Below, one piece after another: positions 62,673 through 64,000 of a DNA stretch of 64,000 nucleotides. Source of the DNA: a virus (lineage: Duplodnaviria; Caudoviricetes); the IMG/VR virus record IMGVR_UViG_3300037483_000760, positions 1,799 through 65,798 of that record; one strand, written 5' to 3'. The notes under the pieces are model-generated. The model worked only from the letters and a program-made list of their open reading frames with translations, was not told the DNA's origin and did no database searches. Each line of letters opens with the position of its first letter. The stretch's first letter is position 1. The position numbers were made by a program, and so were the translations under genes.

Positions 62673-64000
62673 TTAGCCGAAATACTCGACGACAAAGCGC
62701 ATGGACGCGCCGCCGAAGAACGTCATCGCGGTCGACGTCGACGTGGTAGGGGTGTTTTCGAGGGCGTTGAAGTTATTCAATCCCAATGAAGGCGCGGCCA
62801 CATATTCGGCCACTATGTCGGACGACGACGACAAAACAAGTGATCCAAAGTTCGAACCACTCCTCGCATATTCACCTGTTTTTCCGGAAAACGCGGTCGT
62901 GGAATTGAGCCCGATGCCGATCAACAAGCCGGCGCTCGTCTGAAAAGAAACGCCGTTATCCTGAGAGATTTTGCATGTTTGGTTAAATCTTGCCTTGACG
63001 CGCTCTTCGGCAAGCCCACAGAAAGCCGCGACCGTGTTGTTGGCGCTGCCGCGCGACTGACGGATCGTCGCCGTGTTGTAATTCCACGACGCCGTGGCGT
63101 CCGTCAGGGTCAAAATGACAGGACGCTTGTTGTAGGCGTTCCACACACCCCATTTGCGCGTTTGGCCGACCGAGGTGTGGCAGGTGACCGTCCCGCCGCC
63201 GGAATCGATCAAGAGCGAGCCAACGTAAGTCGCGCGTTGCGCGGCGATGGTGTATGTCGTCGATCCGTTACGCCCGGTGATCTGCACCGTGTTGATGTAA
63301 AGACCGTTCAGCCGGGTCAATTGCGTGGTGCCCGAGCCCGTGCCGCGCGCACCCGAGCCAGCGGTCGGCGTCGACCACGCCGGCCCCGTCACCAGCGTCA
63401 GCACCCCGGAATTGTTGAACACGAACACGTCATAGATCGCGCTGCCGGCGTGCGATGCGACCAGACTCAGACTCAGCTCGGTGAATTGCAATGGGACAAA
63501 GGCCGAGCCGTTATGGATCGGGATGAGATCGCCGACGTCCGGGGTATAATAGACGGTCGCCTTGCTGGCCTGATCGCTGACAATGACCGGCGTGCCGGTG
63601 ACCAGTGTGAGATAGCCCTGCGGCGGCGGAATGACGGATGCGGCCGAAGAGGCGTTGACCGCCGTCCACTCCGCCGTCAGGACGGTCCCGGTTGCGGTGC
63701 AGACATAGAGGATTTGATTCGTATAATCCCAATAGACGTCGGCCGGCACGCCGGCCGAACCGGCGGTGCCTGCCACGGTGCCGCTGGGGGAGCCGTCCCC
63801 CGACAAAAACCTGGCCTGGGCCGAATAGTCGCTCGAATAGACCGGGTCGGCCGTCCATACCTCGGTTTCCGTGTCGTCGGCGGCGACCGCCTTGAGAACG
63901 ACCTTATAGGGCAGGTTTTGCAGGAAAATCGCTGTAGCAGGCTCCCCACGCGAATTGAGCACCACGGGGTTGGCGTTGGCCGTCGCCAGACTCGAATCGC
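62673..64000 (-). CDS. Tail fibre/spike protein, 5' end outside the window
   Basis: The frame is open to the window edge (..DSSLATANANPVVLNSRG...YKVVL...WTADPV resembles the P22 tailspike head-binding domain). The distal region is Thr/Gly/Ser-rich. Confidence 0.8.
   Translation of the reverse strand, partial: DSSLATANANPVVLNSRGEPATAIFLQNLPYKVVLKAVAADDTETEVWTADPVYSSDYSAQARFLSGDGSPSGTVAGTAGSAGVPADVYWDYTNQILYVCTATGTVLTAEWTAVNASSAASVIPPPQGYLTLVTGTPVIVSDQASKATVYYTPDVGDLIPIHNGSAFVPLQFTELSLSLVASHAGSAIYDVFVFNNSGVLTLVTGPAWSTPTAGSGARGTGSGTTQLTRLNGLYINTVQITGRNGSTTYTIAAQRATYVGSLLIDSGGGTVTCHTSVGQTRKWGVWNAYNKRPVILTLTDATASWNYNTATIRQSRGSANNTVAAFCGLAEERVKARFNQTCKISQDNGVSFQTSAGLLIGIGLNSTTAFSGKTGEYARSGSNFGSLVLSSSSDIVAEYVAAPSLGLNNFNALENTPTTSTSTAMTFFGGASMRFVVEYFG

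Noticed and set aside
1-64000. rRNA, canonical tRNA genes, CRISPR arrays, host housekeeping genes
   Set aside because: None were recognisable. The whole window reads as phage, so no prophage boundary is called.

Overview
The window is most of a GC-rich temperate phage genome. It is probably a short-tailed (podovirus-like) phage of a Hyphomicrobiales/Rhizobiales-type alphaproteobacterium; the host is inferred from composition and gene families. From left to right: (1) a minus-strand morphogenesis module (1-21.1 kb) with DNA-ejection proteins, P22 gp14/gp10/gp4-like tail proteins, capsid, scaffold, a GroES-like gene, portal and TerL/TerS; (2) a short plus-strand recombination-type operon (21.7-23.7 kb); (3) a leftward early/middle operon (24-38 kb) with a NusG-like protein, a replication initiator, three DNA methyltransferases, ParB-like, ASCH, DUF2303 and HNH genes; (4) a Cro/CI-like switch with six ATGC-N5-GCAT operators (39.0-39.5 kb); (5) a rightward early operon ending in excisionase and integrase (39.5-49.2 kb); (6) an accessory region (49.3-55.3 kb) with a structured non-coding stretch, a tRNA-like element, an XRE gene, an IS1595-family transposase and AT-rich cargo; (7) a minus-strand lysis and receptor-binding region (55.4-64 kb) with a Tad1 homologue, a GH108 endolysin, an oppositely oriented FkbM methyltransferase and a tail fibre. 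Phage genes lie on both sides of the integrase, and virion genes run off both window ends on the same strand, which suggests a circularly permuted, excised genome. The strongest oddities are a TerL with a second, degenerate nuclease domain; two methyltransferases with about 95% identical ends and unrelated cores; a 70-nt tRNA-like element with alanine identity elements; and a Tad1-like anti-defence gene. All family assignments come from motif recognition by eye; no searches were run.
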